From Marsupella aquatica (taxonomy: Eukaryota; Plantae; Marchantiophyta): a stretch of 64,000 nucleotides of DNA. Shown here in pieces: positions 25,415 to 38,256 of this stretch. A program made the translations under genes and the position numbers. Position 1 is the first letter of the stretch, and each line of letters begins with the position of its first letter. The stretch is from NCBI GenBank assembly GCA_973895155.1, contig OZ316898.1, positions 21,354,122 through 21,418,121 on the forward strand. The letters are read 5' to 3'. The notes under the pieces were generated by a model. It did no database searches. It had not been told where the DNA came from and was given only the letters and a program-made list of their open reading frames with translations.

Positions 25415-26066
25415 GGCGGTTTATAAATAAGATTTCTTAGAAATTATCACAAAAAAACTTGCATGTACCAGTTGACATTTGAGTTTTTCCCATGCACATG
25501 ATGGCCTAGGCCTAGTTTCTTAAAACTACACTTCAGTTGGCACTTTTTTAGTAAGATGGGAAGATAAGATGATATGATATATGTCAAATGGTAATCATGC
25601 ATGGTTTTTGTCAATGATTTCTATTTACATTAAAAAAATGAGCTCCATGACCCCATCATAACATATGCGCGTAGAAAGAGGGATTTGTATAGAAAAGAGT
25701 ATGCTATGTTATGTATCATTATTAAAATGATGATTTTTTTTATCATTTCATAACCAGACCACCAGAGGGAAGAGAATCCTCCTTTTGGGTAATTTTCTTT
25801 GTATTTTTGAGTGTGTTAATTTCCCATACAGCCTCCCTTCTTTTGAGGAGGGCATTATGTGAAGTATCACAGAAATAGGAACGGTAAAACCCAAATTGTA
25901 CAAGAATTGTTTTTAACTTCTTACATGCCTTTACCCGATTGCAGGCCCTTTCGCTTGGACTTTCTATTCAGAGATTCACTTTGTCTTGTTTGTTTCCTAA
26001 AAGTCACTCAAGTTTTTACGTACATTAACTTACTGTCCTAGTTACTGGCATTATGAGAATACTTCT

Positions 26067-28280
26067 TCTACAACTATAGTACAATATCCCGCCAGATTTC
26101 GTCCTTCGTCCCCTTATGAAATGCAGTCTTGGCGGGAATCATCCCTGGCCATTGATAGTTTTTGAGGTCTTTGCATCACCGTTGATCGTGAAAACGAGAG
26201 GTACTTGAGGTATTTATTAGCCCTATGCAGGGCAGCTGCTGAGCTGCATACCTTCCTCTCTTGAAAGGGTGGTGGAAGCCATTCACGGAGACTAGTCCCT
26301 GTTTTGTCATTAAATGCACCTCGGTTCTCCCCCACACCCTAAACCCGGAAGACCCTCCTCATTTTTGTGTCACAATTCAGTTTCAGGCTAGCCTTTTTGG
26401 GTTCCGTTGTTGCCCTTGCCCATCCCATGCCTGGGCAGCCCTTAAAATCACACCCTTCCTGCCCAACACCCCACCTGAAGACTCTCCTCATTTTTGTGTC
26501 ACAAGTCAGTTTCAGGCCAACCTTTTTGGGTTGCCTTGCTGCCATCCCATGCCTGGGCAGCCCTTAAAACCCCACCCTTCCTGCTGCTGACTGTTTGTTG
26601 AGTAGGGGTGGTGAACAAAGTTGCCATGACATGAAGGAGTGTTTATGGCAAGCATCTACTCTTTCCCTTATGCCCTTGCTACGTCTTTCCCCAATTTCTC
26701 CAAAGAATAGTCTTCCGTGAACTTTAGTAAGGTGAACCAATGGTTTGGGTGAAATCCGGGTGCCTCACCAATGCTATTTCGGTGCTATTTTAAAATAAAT
26801 AAATTTTGCAGTTAATTCAAGTGGCCCTTAAACAATTCTTTGATGCTATTTTGCCAAAAACCTTTGTGGAAATATTCATGTTAGACTTCAGCATTTTGTT
26901 GGTGTTATTTTTGTGAAAGTTTTTTTCAGATGTGAGCACCTAGCTAGAGCATTTCAGGCAATTTACACAGGTAAACCCTAAACCCTAATTTTTTTAGCTT
27001 AGTACACAATGCACTAATTGAATTCATAAAAATGAGCATTAGGATGCACATAGTAACAAATGTAAAAGCAGTTATATGAAAAATTTGAGCTCAATGTTGG
27101 TGAAACAACCACAAAATTAGCTATCAAAATCATATCACAATTTCACGTCTCTATGGTTACTCAATATGGCAAAATAGCATCAAAAAATTGTTTAAATCAC
27201 ACGTCATTTATTTGCAGAAAACAAATTTTTAAAAATAGTCGGGGAAAACCAAGATGCATTTAATGACAAAACAGGGACTCGTCTCCCTGAATGGTGGAAG
27301 CCCTGATATGCCACACACTGACGTACACACCTGACATCCTCAGCACTTTATTCTAGAATAGTTGTATTGTACTAGAAAGTACAATAATTATGGCTGGTAA
27401 CAGATTGTCCTTTTCTGTTCTCCCATTGGGAGTACCAGGGTACAATAATATTATAATAATTCGGAGCTACGCAAACTCAGGAAATTGGCCAAGAGGAAAA
27501 AACAAATGGGGGAAGGGGGAATATAGAGAAAAAAAGACATAAATTGAGTAAATGGAGAACAATTTCAAAAAGAAAGACACAATGGGAAATTAAAGAAAAG
27601 ACAAATAATTATAAAGCACTATGCAAAGATGAGAGGGAGAGTAGCAAGAACTTGGCCAGCAGGGTAAACTAAGGGAAGTGGAAGAGTTAAAAGGTGTGAA
27701 AAAAAGGGAAGTGGAAAAAAGCAGAATAATCTTGTATATTTCTGTATCATGTTTTTAATAGCAGTATTTAAAATAAGTATTAATAATTTTGAATTTCATT
27801 TTAGTAAAAGTTGATTTATGGCATACTTTCTTTTACGTAATGATTGACAGCTTTTCTCCATGATATCCCTTGCATAACATCGTATTTTATGTAGTGACAG
27901 TTTTTTACGCAACATCGTTTTTTGCAACGCATATGGAACGAATTTGCCTACATTTTCTGTGTTTGCTTTACAACTTACCCTAAACCTAAAGTCCCCTCAA
28001 CATCTTTTGGGCAATGCACAGACATTTTTCGTTTCCTTTACCTCACCGCAACATCTTTCCGTAAACCCTCAACATTGCTTCATTGTGTTCCCATCTTTTT
28101 TCACCTTGCCATCGTTTCTCTCCTCTACATCTTTTTCTCTCGTTGACACCTTTTCTCACCTCAACATCTTTCCTCTCCTGGACATCTTGCCCTCCAGCCC
28201 TCGCCTTGGATTCTATGTCTCTCCTCAACATCTTGCACTCACCTAAAAATGTTTTGTGCAATGCACGGGCATGGGCCTAG
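26067..28280 (+). mobile_element. Non-autonomous Helitron copy 3 (related subfamily) containing a hAT-type MITE
   Basis: 5' TCTACAACTATAGTACAATATCCCGCC...AAATGCAGTCTTGGCGGGAA resembles the copy 2 start; 3' GTGCAATGCACGGGCATGGGCCTAG|T; start approximate. Confidence 0.7.
26280..27293. mobile_element. hAT-type non-autonomous element (1014 bp)
   Basis: About 47-bp imperfect TIRs CATTCACGGAGACTAGTCCCTGTTTTGTCATTAAATGCA; 8-bp TSD GTGGAAGC at 26272-26279 and 27294-27301. Confidence 0.85.
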
Positions 28281-31200
28281 TATCTCTTAATGCCCTCCAG
28301 TGACCTATATGAATCCAGCAATCTCAATTATAATTCACCCCTTAATTTTCATTGTCGTGCACACACGACTGCTCATGAATCGCAGGATCCACTCATGCCG
28401 GGGACTGGGACCGATCCAGTCACGCTTGGACTGGGACTTGCGGAGCGGAGGTTTTATTAATGATGATCGGGTACGGTTGCTCGTTCTTTTAGGCCTCAGC
28501 GAAGGTTCAGGAAGGACACCGAAGGGTATCAAAGGAGCGGGCCACTTCCCACTGCTCTTTCTTATATTCTCGCCATTTCGCAAAAAGCTCTCTCGTCCTT
28601 CTGTGAAAACGCTTGCATCACCAACTCCACAAAATCACCCATTTTATCGATCATATTGCTAACGATTGTGGCGGAATTGCACTTGTCGAGGTTGCCCATG
28701 TCCAGCACGGCCATCTGGTTCAGGAATTCCTTGTCTCCCAGGGAAGTCACATTGCCGCAACGCTAGCCTCGGAAGTGGGAAATCCAGAACAAGTTGGGAC
28801 GAGCCATCCGTGGTGTCGCTAACAAACATTGCAACGAAGATCTCCAACCTCTCCTTCGAGCGGAGATATACACAACACGAACTGTGCTATGACGGAAGTA
28901 AATGCCTAGACATCTGGGAAGCTTTCCTTGGGCTCCAGGACCACATCTTCAGAACTACTCTAGGGGACGATTGATTTGACCCGCCACCACATTGATCACG
29001 TGCCCGTGATCGGTTCCATCAGCGAGGGCACAAGGGACTTATGGCGTCGGGAGTTGGAGCGCCATCCCAGCAACGGCAGCCGCAACCCGGGAATGTAGCT
29101 GCGGCCACGGTTCCAGTAGTAGTGGCATCGCCACCACCAGCCCCGATGTTACCCTTGAGCAGTGGGCAGCAACAGCAGCAACAACAACGGGCGATGCCGC
29201 CCAGGGCAACACCACCACCAGTTGAGCCACCATACCTGAGTTCTGACGACGAGTCCATTCCTCTCGACAGACGACCCCCTCGCCAACCCACCCAAGCACA
29301 AGTCCGAGTAGCGGCGGCCCAGGTAGACCAGACGCGGGGCCAGGCTTGCCAGACATCTACACCTTGCCCACACAGCCCGCCCGATCAGATAGTAGGGAGG
29401 ATCAGGATTCCGGATTATCACACCCAACCGATCATTCCGAAAGCCAAAATCGGAACTGCAAGAGGAAGGAGCCGACGGCGTCATTGGCCCACTTACCCAT
29501 GGAGGTAGCACGGTTGACGCTGCATTGGATGGGAGAAAACCTCCACCGGAAGATCCTCCATACCGCACATGACGCCTACATCCGGGCACAGGGATTTGAG
29601 CACCTTGTGACCCTGCCCTGGAACACGAGCCGCTACTACACTAAGGACTTCACACACTTCATCACCAACTACAACACAATGCAGGAAACTACAAGAGTGG
29701 AAGGACGCCTAATGTCCTTATCGGAAAATAGATTGCAGAGGATCTTTGGCTTACCCGAAGGCACGGACAAGGTGGAGTCCCGTGCCCCGGGAGGAAAGGG
29801 GGCAAGGTATCACTCCTCCAATTTTCCACCAGATGGGCATGTCGACAACAGCTTCCTCATCCGGACGTGCCTCAGGCCGGAGATTGCGGAGCTCCTGTAG
29901 TTCCAGAGATATGCCATCCACCTGATGGAGCCGGGACGAGACATCTCCGCTGCACAGGTAATTCAAGTGGAGAATTACAGGCCAAGGAGGTGGGCTTCCT
30001 ACTTCGCGAGGAGATTCCACAAGGAGATGCTCCAGCTGTAGAATACCTTCCACATCGGGGGCAAGGCACATATGGCCAGCCACATCGAGATCATCCTCCA
30101 TTGGTATGCCCAATTCGATCGAGGGGGTTTAGGGTGCAACGTGACGGAAATCATTGATCATCCATTCTTTCCGTCCGACCAAGGGCCCCAGCCCGAAGCA
30201 AGGAGCCTGGTAGACACGTCGGACAACATGAGACCGAACCCGGTGGCCGACTTGGTCGCACCTCCTCCACAAGCGGATGAGGCGATCGGGGCCATTGATG
30301 CTTAGGGCCAGGCCGTAGCCGCAATCATGGGGATTCGGGATTTTGTAACAACCATGGATCCAGAGCCGGCCCTCAAAGCCAAGCACTCTTCCCCGGTTGA
30401 CATGACCCCGGAGCAGGCCGGTTTCTCGTGTCGACCAAGCCAAGATTTGCAAGGCCAAGTTCCTTGTCAGGATCCACAGTCAATTGCGGCCAAGTTTCTC
30501 ATCGCCTTGCTGGGGAACGTAACCAAGAATGTCTGCCGCGAGATGGGTTCGCTCATGACGGACATCTTCACTGTGACCAAAGACGAGTACTAGACTTCCC
30601 AATGTCAGAGGGAGGATGCGGAAAACCGACGCTACACTGAGACTACCAAGGTGATCCAAGCACAATTTAAAGAGGCCAATGACAAAATAAATGAGTATGT
30701 GGCTTTGTCATTCATCACGACCACGGACAAGGATGCAGAGATAGATCGGCTTCGGACCCAGATCTACGAACTAGAGGGGCGGGAGCACAAATGGCGGACG
30801 GACATGATCGAGGAAGAAGGCACGACAGGGGTCGATGCTCTCGAGGCCGAGGTTCATCGCCTTAGGAGAGAGGTCACCGAGCAAGGCCACCTAACGGACA
30901 TGCTCAAGAGTAACGTCCACGACTTGGAGGATGCCTCTCAGGATGCGGCGGAGGAGGTCGACATCATGCAACGGGAGTTTAACTCCTTGAACCACCAGAT
31001 CCGGGTCCTCCGGGAGGACAATGATCGCCTGCGGGGTCATCAAGATAGAGTTTGGGAGGGACTAGCAAGCGGGATTCACGGAAGGTGGAATCGATGGTGT
31101 CCAGGGGACACTGGCTAGGATTAGGTTGGGATTACACCGCTGGCTTCGCTGGGGCCGGCAGGTATTAGTGTTCCGACTATCAAATCCTGCCATTTTGCTT

Positions 31201-31677
31201 CGTTTCGTAAACATTGTAGTTACAATCGTTTCCGGGATGCCAGGAGATCGGTACCTATAGGCTTTTCTACCATTAGTTGCTAGTTTCAATGTTCACACAC
31301 ACTGTGATAATCAGATAGTTCAACATTTGGTTACGCAGCTTGTTTTCCAACCATGTAGTTACAATGAAAAGAATTTGGCAAGTGTTTGTATCTCTGTGAA
31401 AGCCTGTGATGAGGAATGGAATGAGGTGAGTAAACCCGACCTGGGCTGCCCACGCCAGTGATATACTGGGTGCCAAACTGTAATCCTAAAGCATAAGTTT
31501 CAGACGCCCTAGTCAGTACCCCTAGTCAGTAGTAATAGTAGTAGTAGTAGTAGTAGTAAGGAGGCAAAGGTTGAGACGGGCCACGAGCATGAACGGTCTA
31601 CCCCGCCCACTAAACCCTATGCGACACTCGCGTGGGGGCATTGTTGCCATGGTTAGGTTTGTTCGCCGATTTCCACA
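28281..31677 (+). mobile_element. Family D gypsy-like element, 3' part, with candidate LTR at 31427-31677
   Basis: Purine tract GAGGAATGGAATGAGG then TGAGTAAA...TTTCCACA; the candidate LTR has an (AGT)n tract like the family A LTR; accessory ORF upstream; 5' limit set by the adjacent Helitron. Confidence 0.55.
29041..31118 (+). pseudogene. Family D accessory ORF (distant homologue of 271-3321), with stops and frameshifts
   Basis: GFEHLVTLPW...FTHFITNYN...TRVEGRLMSLSENRLQRIFGLPEGTDKVESR...NSFLIRTC...EIAELL, then MASHIEIILHWYA; coiled coil at 30651-31118. Confidence 0.75.
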
Positions 31678-31865
31678 ATTTCCTGGTTACTGAGAGTCTA
31701 GGGGGGGTGGGCCGGGCTGTGAATGGTCAGTGTATCGCCTTCATCAGCTGGCAACGCCCTAACAAATTCCCAAGGTGGGAAGACGTCCTTATGTGTACTA
31801 AATTGTAGCTTGTTTTGCATTGAACATGAGTCTCTGGTCGGCAACAAGGATAGAGCAAGCTCTCT

Positions 31866-33657
31866 TCATTCTTTCGATGATGGTTTCATCCTCGTCACAG
31901 CTGCCGCCACCCGCACAAAATTGTTCAGCATTCTCTCCACGTCCATTGAAAGTAGCAAAGGCTCAAATTTATTGTCATCCATTGGCATGTCAGGAAACAG
32001 CTGCCTGAGTTGATTGCGCGAGACGTCATTCCTATATGCATGCCAGATTAGAATTCGTATCCTCTCTCCGGACAGATCGTTGTAGGTGCTGCTCCCAAAT
32101 TCCCACTTGTGCACCTGGGTTTGCCCGATTTTATCAAACGGAAATAAGCACTTGAAGCAAGCATTATTATGGCGTTCTTGACTCTTCACATTACAGTTGG
32201 AAACCCGATGGCGATTGGACAGACACCGCAGGCATAACCCTCTCATTATGCCACACTCCCTTATTCCATGATTTGCAGGGCTATGCGAGTCCTCCCAACA
32301 CAGGAGACATCGCCTCCCATCACCCCCATGCCGGCGATCATACTCGAGATCGATGATATCCTTCCACATGTTTGCCTCTATCCGTATGCTCTCCGGTCTC
32401 AGAATATATACATCCTGAATAGCTGCTCCGTCTGGCCTTGTGTGCGAGTGGTGTCTCGGGTGATTGCCTCCACTTTGGCTTGGCGTGGTAGCCGCGGCTT
32501 CTAGGCACATGTCGCATGCCAAGCTGCCGGGAAGTAGGGCACAAACCTGTGCCTTCCAGTCCATCTCAAGGTGAAGGTTGTATCGCCGCCAATGGTACTG
32601 TTCGCGATCCATTGGTGCGCAATCTTCATGCTCTCCTGGTTGACTCCTTCGATTTGCACGGATGGCGCGGACAACGCCCAGGCACGATAGTCCTTGTGCA
32701 AAACCACCACGCACACTCCGGGCCGGCCGTCCCGTCCACATCTGCCCCACTCTTGGTGGTAGTCTTCCAACCCATAAAAGCCTCCCCGATGCACGACCAA
32801 GCGAATGCTGGGACAGTTATATCCGCAGGCGATCACTGAGGTCGCCACCATGACTTTAGGCGAGCCCGCCTCCCAACTTCGTAGCTTGCTAAGTCTATCT
32901 GCCTTCACGATGTCCGAGGTTAAGAAGCAACTTTGGACATGATGTTGTCGCAGAGTTTGATCCAAATCCACATCTTCTTACTTGCGCTATGGTAGGTAGT
33001 GCAAAAGGGGCATGAGTAGCCTCTGCGGACAACGATACCGGGGACTGGGGAGACTAATCCCCGAATGCAATGATCATATACTGCATTGGGGGGCGTCAAT
33101 TGCATCCCTGCGATGGCCGTTGACAGCTGTTGCTCATCTTGTCGGCCCCATAAGCTTCGTCCCCCATTTCTATGGAGGGCCGCAAAATCCTTCCAGACAT
33201 GCCTGCGAACCGTCCTCACGCTGGAACCGTCCAGGATCACATTGCAGGTAACACACAAGAGCAATGCCATGCCCTCGTACTTCACCACAGACAAATCTGC
33301 TCGACTTAACACCTCTGGGGTGTCCACAAATTCCGAGATTGTCGCCACCCAGGGAATTTCATTACTGGGAACCGAATCACCCGAATCGCATGCTGGGACC
33401 CATGCACGACTATCGGTTGTACCTTGGATGTGTCCTCTGGCATTATGGTTCCGCAAGCGGTCCGGTCGATGGAAGCAAGACAAGCAAGAACGGTGAGGGC
33501 ACGGCCAATCACGAGCTACGGATATGCGGTCTGAAGATCTCGTGCCATCGGCCTTGACGACACTGCAAATCGACTGATGAACTACTCTCCTATGAGCAGC
33601 TCTTTGAGAAACAGTAACAAACTCAAACCCAGGACACCCATCGCACGGGAACGTCAT
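31866..33657 (-). pseudogene. Internally deleted C2H2-finger / DUF3505(OrsD)-like / RecQ-type helicase C-terminal / Cys-rich gene
   Basis: CDGC..H...H and CPHRSC..H...H fingers; LLCVTCNVIL...VRRH...PVPGIVVRRGYSCPFC; VMVATSVIACGYNCPSIRLVVH...EDYHQEWGRCGRDG (motifs V-VI); RRYNLHLEMD...C...CDMC; further CxxC clusters. Confidence 0.8.
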
Positions 33658-35350
33658 CTTAATGTCTGCGAGAGAATGAACGGGCTGGGTATAGGGTGGC
33701 CAAAAATATCAATCAGCTCCAATCGAGCATGATAATATCGCACCCACGACCACTTTTTCTTGGATGAGACTGAGGAGGGCGCCAACTTGTCATCCGAGAG
33801 CAATGGCAGACACAACCATTCCCTTTACACCCCGACTAGCTTGTCATCCGAGAGCTACGGCAGACCCAACCATAATTCCCTTCATACCTCCGAGTAGCTT
33901 GTCATCCGGGAGCTTGTCATCAGTCTATACCCCAAACCCTTATTTTGTTGGTCATCTCTGCTGCTCCCCCCCGCCCCCCCCACCCACAAATCCTCTGCAT
34001 CCTTTCACTTATACCCTCACGGTGTACAGGCTTTACTAACTGAATACAATAGGCCCGCCAGGTATAGTAGCTTTCGATCGGCCCTCATTGGTTTATTTTA
34101 GTTACATGTCCTCACCCATGGTTGATGGGGGGCGGGGTCGGTCTGTCTCGTGCCAAGATTTCACCACAAAATACAATAATATGGAGCCCGATGAGACCCT
34201 GCCAGGCCAAGTGAGACTCCCCAGTCCCCACAATCGCGCCACGGACCTGGTAACGTATAGGGAAATGCAGCTTGAGCCAGACATTACATAACTATGCCTG
34301 TCAGCTGGCGGCTTACTACTAATCAATGCAACCTAGCATTAATTACCCTTCTTAGATTCATTTGCTCGCCCTTATTTGGAAAGACTGTCCATCGCCCCTA
34401 TTCAATGGGCCGACCAAAAGGATAAAGGAGTGTCATAATTATAATTATAATTATAATTATAATAAGGACCCTAAACCGGCCCCCACCCAACCACCTTTGT
34501 TAGTGGATCATGATACAACATTATTGTATCGCTACCGTAGGGCAGTATTTGTGAACAACAACACTACTGTTGCAAGAATTTCCTTTGCAAACCTCTCAAA
34601 TACCAGGCCCGTGACCGAAGTGGTCAGTCACAAAGGCTGAACCATTTTACACGGCTTCTACAGTAGTACTAGATGTGTTAAAGTAAACTGTTGAAATATT
34701 CTACGCTCGATTTCGCGGATGAAAGTCGTCTTTCAGATATGGCTGATGACATTTTTCAAGTATTCATGAAAAACCAGGAGTTTATAGGATCTCATCATGG
34801 ATAACATTCTCGAAGGTATTATGTAGTCACCCAAACTACTGTTGCCTCTGCAAAAACTAAACCTGGTTGGGGGGACAAAGTATAGGGTATTATTGTGAGG
34901 AAAGTATGCGGACAAAAGAGCTTGGAATCATTTTCGGGCCATTCGTCTGTCAGAATGCCTGCCTTGCATCTGCCCAAAATTCTGGACATTTTGGGAAAAT
35001 CTGAATATCTAAATTATCATTTAAATATACATGTTAAGAGTTGCCTGCAAATAAATTAAAAATTTTAATTTAAAAAAAAAACACCCTCATATTGCGCGAC
35101 CATACATGGACCACCGTTGCGCGTGCCCATGCACAAACCTTTTGCCTCCCCAATAGCAACCCTTTCACAACAATAACCTCGGGGGCCTCACGCAAGGTGT
35201 TTACAAAAGGCAGTAAACAGCAAACAGAAAACTATAACAGGAATTGGTAACAGCAAAATTTCCTGTTTTGGGAGCACATTTCTCCTGGTATTGTGGCAAA
35301 ATTAAAAAAACCCGTTCCTAAAATACTGATAATTATGCAATGCCGAATAC

Positions 35351-38256
35351 TAGCGCCGGGAGTCTACAGGCAAAACAATCACAAACGCATCATAACGAAT
35401 ACTAGCGCCGGGCGTTCGAACCCAAAATAATGAAACATTAATCGCCCAAACATGCCGAATACTAGAGCCGGCCGCTTCTAATGCTTTGTGGAGAAAATCA
35501 CGAGAACGTAGGATTGATGTTCAGGCTGAGATCCAAGTAGAAACCAAAGATTACTAATAGTCTAAGTTCAATATCAAAGCACAGAAGTAGGACTTAACCA
35601 AGGTATCTGAGACATAACTTCTAACGGTAAATTGAAAGAAAAGAAACCCGAGCTTTTTTATTTAAGTGAAACATATTGTCCTTGATGTCCAAATATTGCT
35701 ACATAGGAACACTAAAGTTTCTAGTGCAATTGTAACTAGCGCCAGGCGCTAATACTCCCGGTGGGTGCTTCCTCGTACAATGCCCTAGCTCGAAGTGTGA
35801 CAGTCATCATCAATCCCAGCGTCCTGACGATCTGGATCATGGCGGAAACAATCTAATCGGAAGTTGACATATGCTCTTGTGGGCCGTCGATACACTGGCC
35901 TTCCATGGAATCGAGAAGGAGAAGAACGAGAGCAATGGACTTTGAAAGAAACAATAGTATGTTTACAAGGGGCTTGGATTTCCTGTTATTGGTCCTCTTG
36001 ACGGTACCAGTCGCCGACTGAAAGCCAAATGACACTATGGCGGAAACGACAAATATCAAACGGAAACTTCAAACGTGTTTTTTGGGGAGCGTCGGGCGCT
36101 AGTTAAACAAGGAGAGGAACCCACACAAAGGACGTTACTAAAGACCACATTAACCATTGAATGGAAGGGGCAACCTCCATCTAACTCAATTCATATTTAA
36201 TAAATTCAATAGCGCCGGCGCTACAAAAACCAAGGGCATACTCGTACAGTTGGGAGGAAGTTTGACCTGATAGAGGAGAAAATTGCTACCCTTCAGTGTC
36301 ATATTCTGAGCTCTCATTCTGGGAGCTATGAGATCTGTCGGTTGACTCTGCCTCATCATCAATATACTTGCTTCTAGAAACATCATCTACGTAGGGGTTC
36401 CTCATGAACTTCCTGTCTACTCCCCTAAGAAGCCTAAGTCCTTTTGTTTCCCAGCAGAGCGTTCTAAATTTCTCTACCTTCCTCGCGACGTTCTCAGCGT
36501 ATGATGGCAACACAAACGGCTTCTCAGGAGTGATGATTACATTTTGAGCCACTTTCCTCCGGAGTTGAAACCGTTTTCTTTGGTTCCATTCTGATCTGCT
36601 CAAAAGAGAATCGGAAGATAAAGAGGAAGTAAGTACTTAACAGATAGAACCGGTGGAATTGATGGTTAGCCAACAATTGAAAGGATAAAGGAGCTTATGA
36701 GAGACGAAAATTACTCGGAAGACTCTTCGCTGTCCTCCGTTGACCCATCATGTCGGGTTTTCTCTTTCCCGCCATCATTGACATCCTCAGGAACATCATC
36801 TTTTGGCGTCCCATCATCTTCGTCCGAATCAAAATTGAGGACAGATCTAAGTCTATCTTTCTTTTTTCGTCCGGTTATTTGAGGAGGGGGAGGTTGTGTC
36901 TCCAAAGGTTTGGGAGAAATGAGATCCAAAAAAATCCTCGAAGCGGTCTCAACAAACTCCCGATGATTTTCTAACCCGATGACAAAACGGCCTGAGTAAT
37001 CCCCAGCAATGAACGTACTACCTGAGCCGACGGTCCAATCAATTACAATATTCTTAGGTATCGTAAAGAGTTCAAGGACAGTTTGCATAAAACCAACCGG
37101 TAGTCGAGAATTCCCAGTAAAATGGAGTTCAGGACAATGATCTTCCTTCAAAGATTGTAGCCCAATAAGGTTTGAGATTGAAGGATCTTCAGCGCTAGAT
37201 AACGGCTTGAATCTTGGATCCTTTGGGACCTTTCCTTTAAAAGAAACCCGACAAAATATATCCAGTCTAAGAGTGAAGACCTGCAAAAGTTGACAAACCA
37301 ACTGGATTTTAAAAATCTGTTATTCATGAGAGAAGACCTTCTAAGAAAGAAAGAGTAGCGTCGGGCGCTAGTATAGAGAACATTTACCTGGACATCTGTC
37401 TTGGATCTGTACATTGGGACAGACATGAAAACATTGTGCGTATTGATGCACGTGAACTTCTTGGATTGCTGACATGCAGAAATGACCTGGGAAATCTGGT
37501 CGTGGTCATCCAAGTATAAGATAGCGAGCATGCCGTCATCGGAAGGAAAGGGTCCATCGCCCGAAAGAATGATTCGGCTGCTGTGTGGTCTGTGACATTC
37601 CATTTCGGGACCCGACGGTCAACAATTGTGGGTTTCAAACCAATTGGGAGATAGATGAAACCCACATTCACCCCAAATGATCGTTCCTTCCCACCTCGAA
37701 TGATCGTTCCTTCCCACCTCGAATGATCGTTCCTTCCCACCTCGATTCCTTTATCTCTACACCCCAACTTGATCAAATCCTTACCCCACTTCTCAGCGTC
37801 TGAGACCCAATCTGGCTTCTCTTCCTTACTAAATGCACTATCAATGAATTCTGCCAAGCTTGATTCGACCATACAGTGTCTTCCGAGTTTAGTCTTGAAA
37901 GTCCCCACATCCCGTTGGATACCGGCCCCAGAAGCATTATCTCGCGATGATTCCCAGACATCGATGGTCCTTTTCTTCTTCTTCTTCTTTGTGCTTGTAG
38001 CATCCACAGGAACTATAACCTTCCCCTTCTCAACGGGGGTGATGGGGTCTGGATTGGCACCAGTGTTGGCCTCAGAGACTTCTGGTGTTGCATCGACTAT
38101 TGTGTCATCCGTGGCGGCATCAGATTTTCGACCACCTACCAAAAAACGGTGTCAATCACAGAAAGAGTGTTAGCGCCAGGCGCTGACTAAACACCCACAT
38201 TAATTTTGGGAAATAAGACACATTAAACTTACGACACATGATAGCGCCAGGCGCTA
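35351..38256. repeat. Nine dispersed imperfect palindromes, consensus TAGCGYCRGGCGCTA
   Basis: Copies at about 35351, 35403, 35463, 35737, 36088, 36210, 37356, 38171, 38242; the first three are partial. Confidence 0.85.

Noticed and set aside
34562-34668. Miniature CACTA element (CACTACTGT...ACAGTAGTA)
   Set aside because: Right end is not TAGTG and there is no 3-bp TSD
34678-35350. Terminus of the MTase-carrying element (for example TTAA|AG)
   Set aside because: No partner end in the window, so neither boundary nor superfamily can be supported
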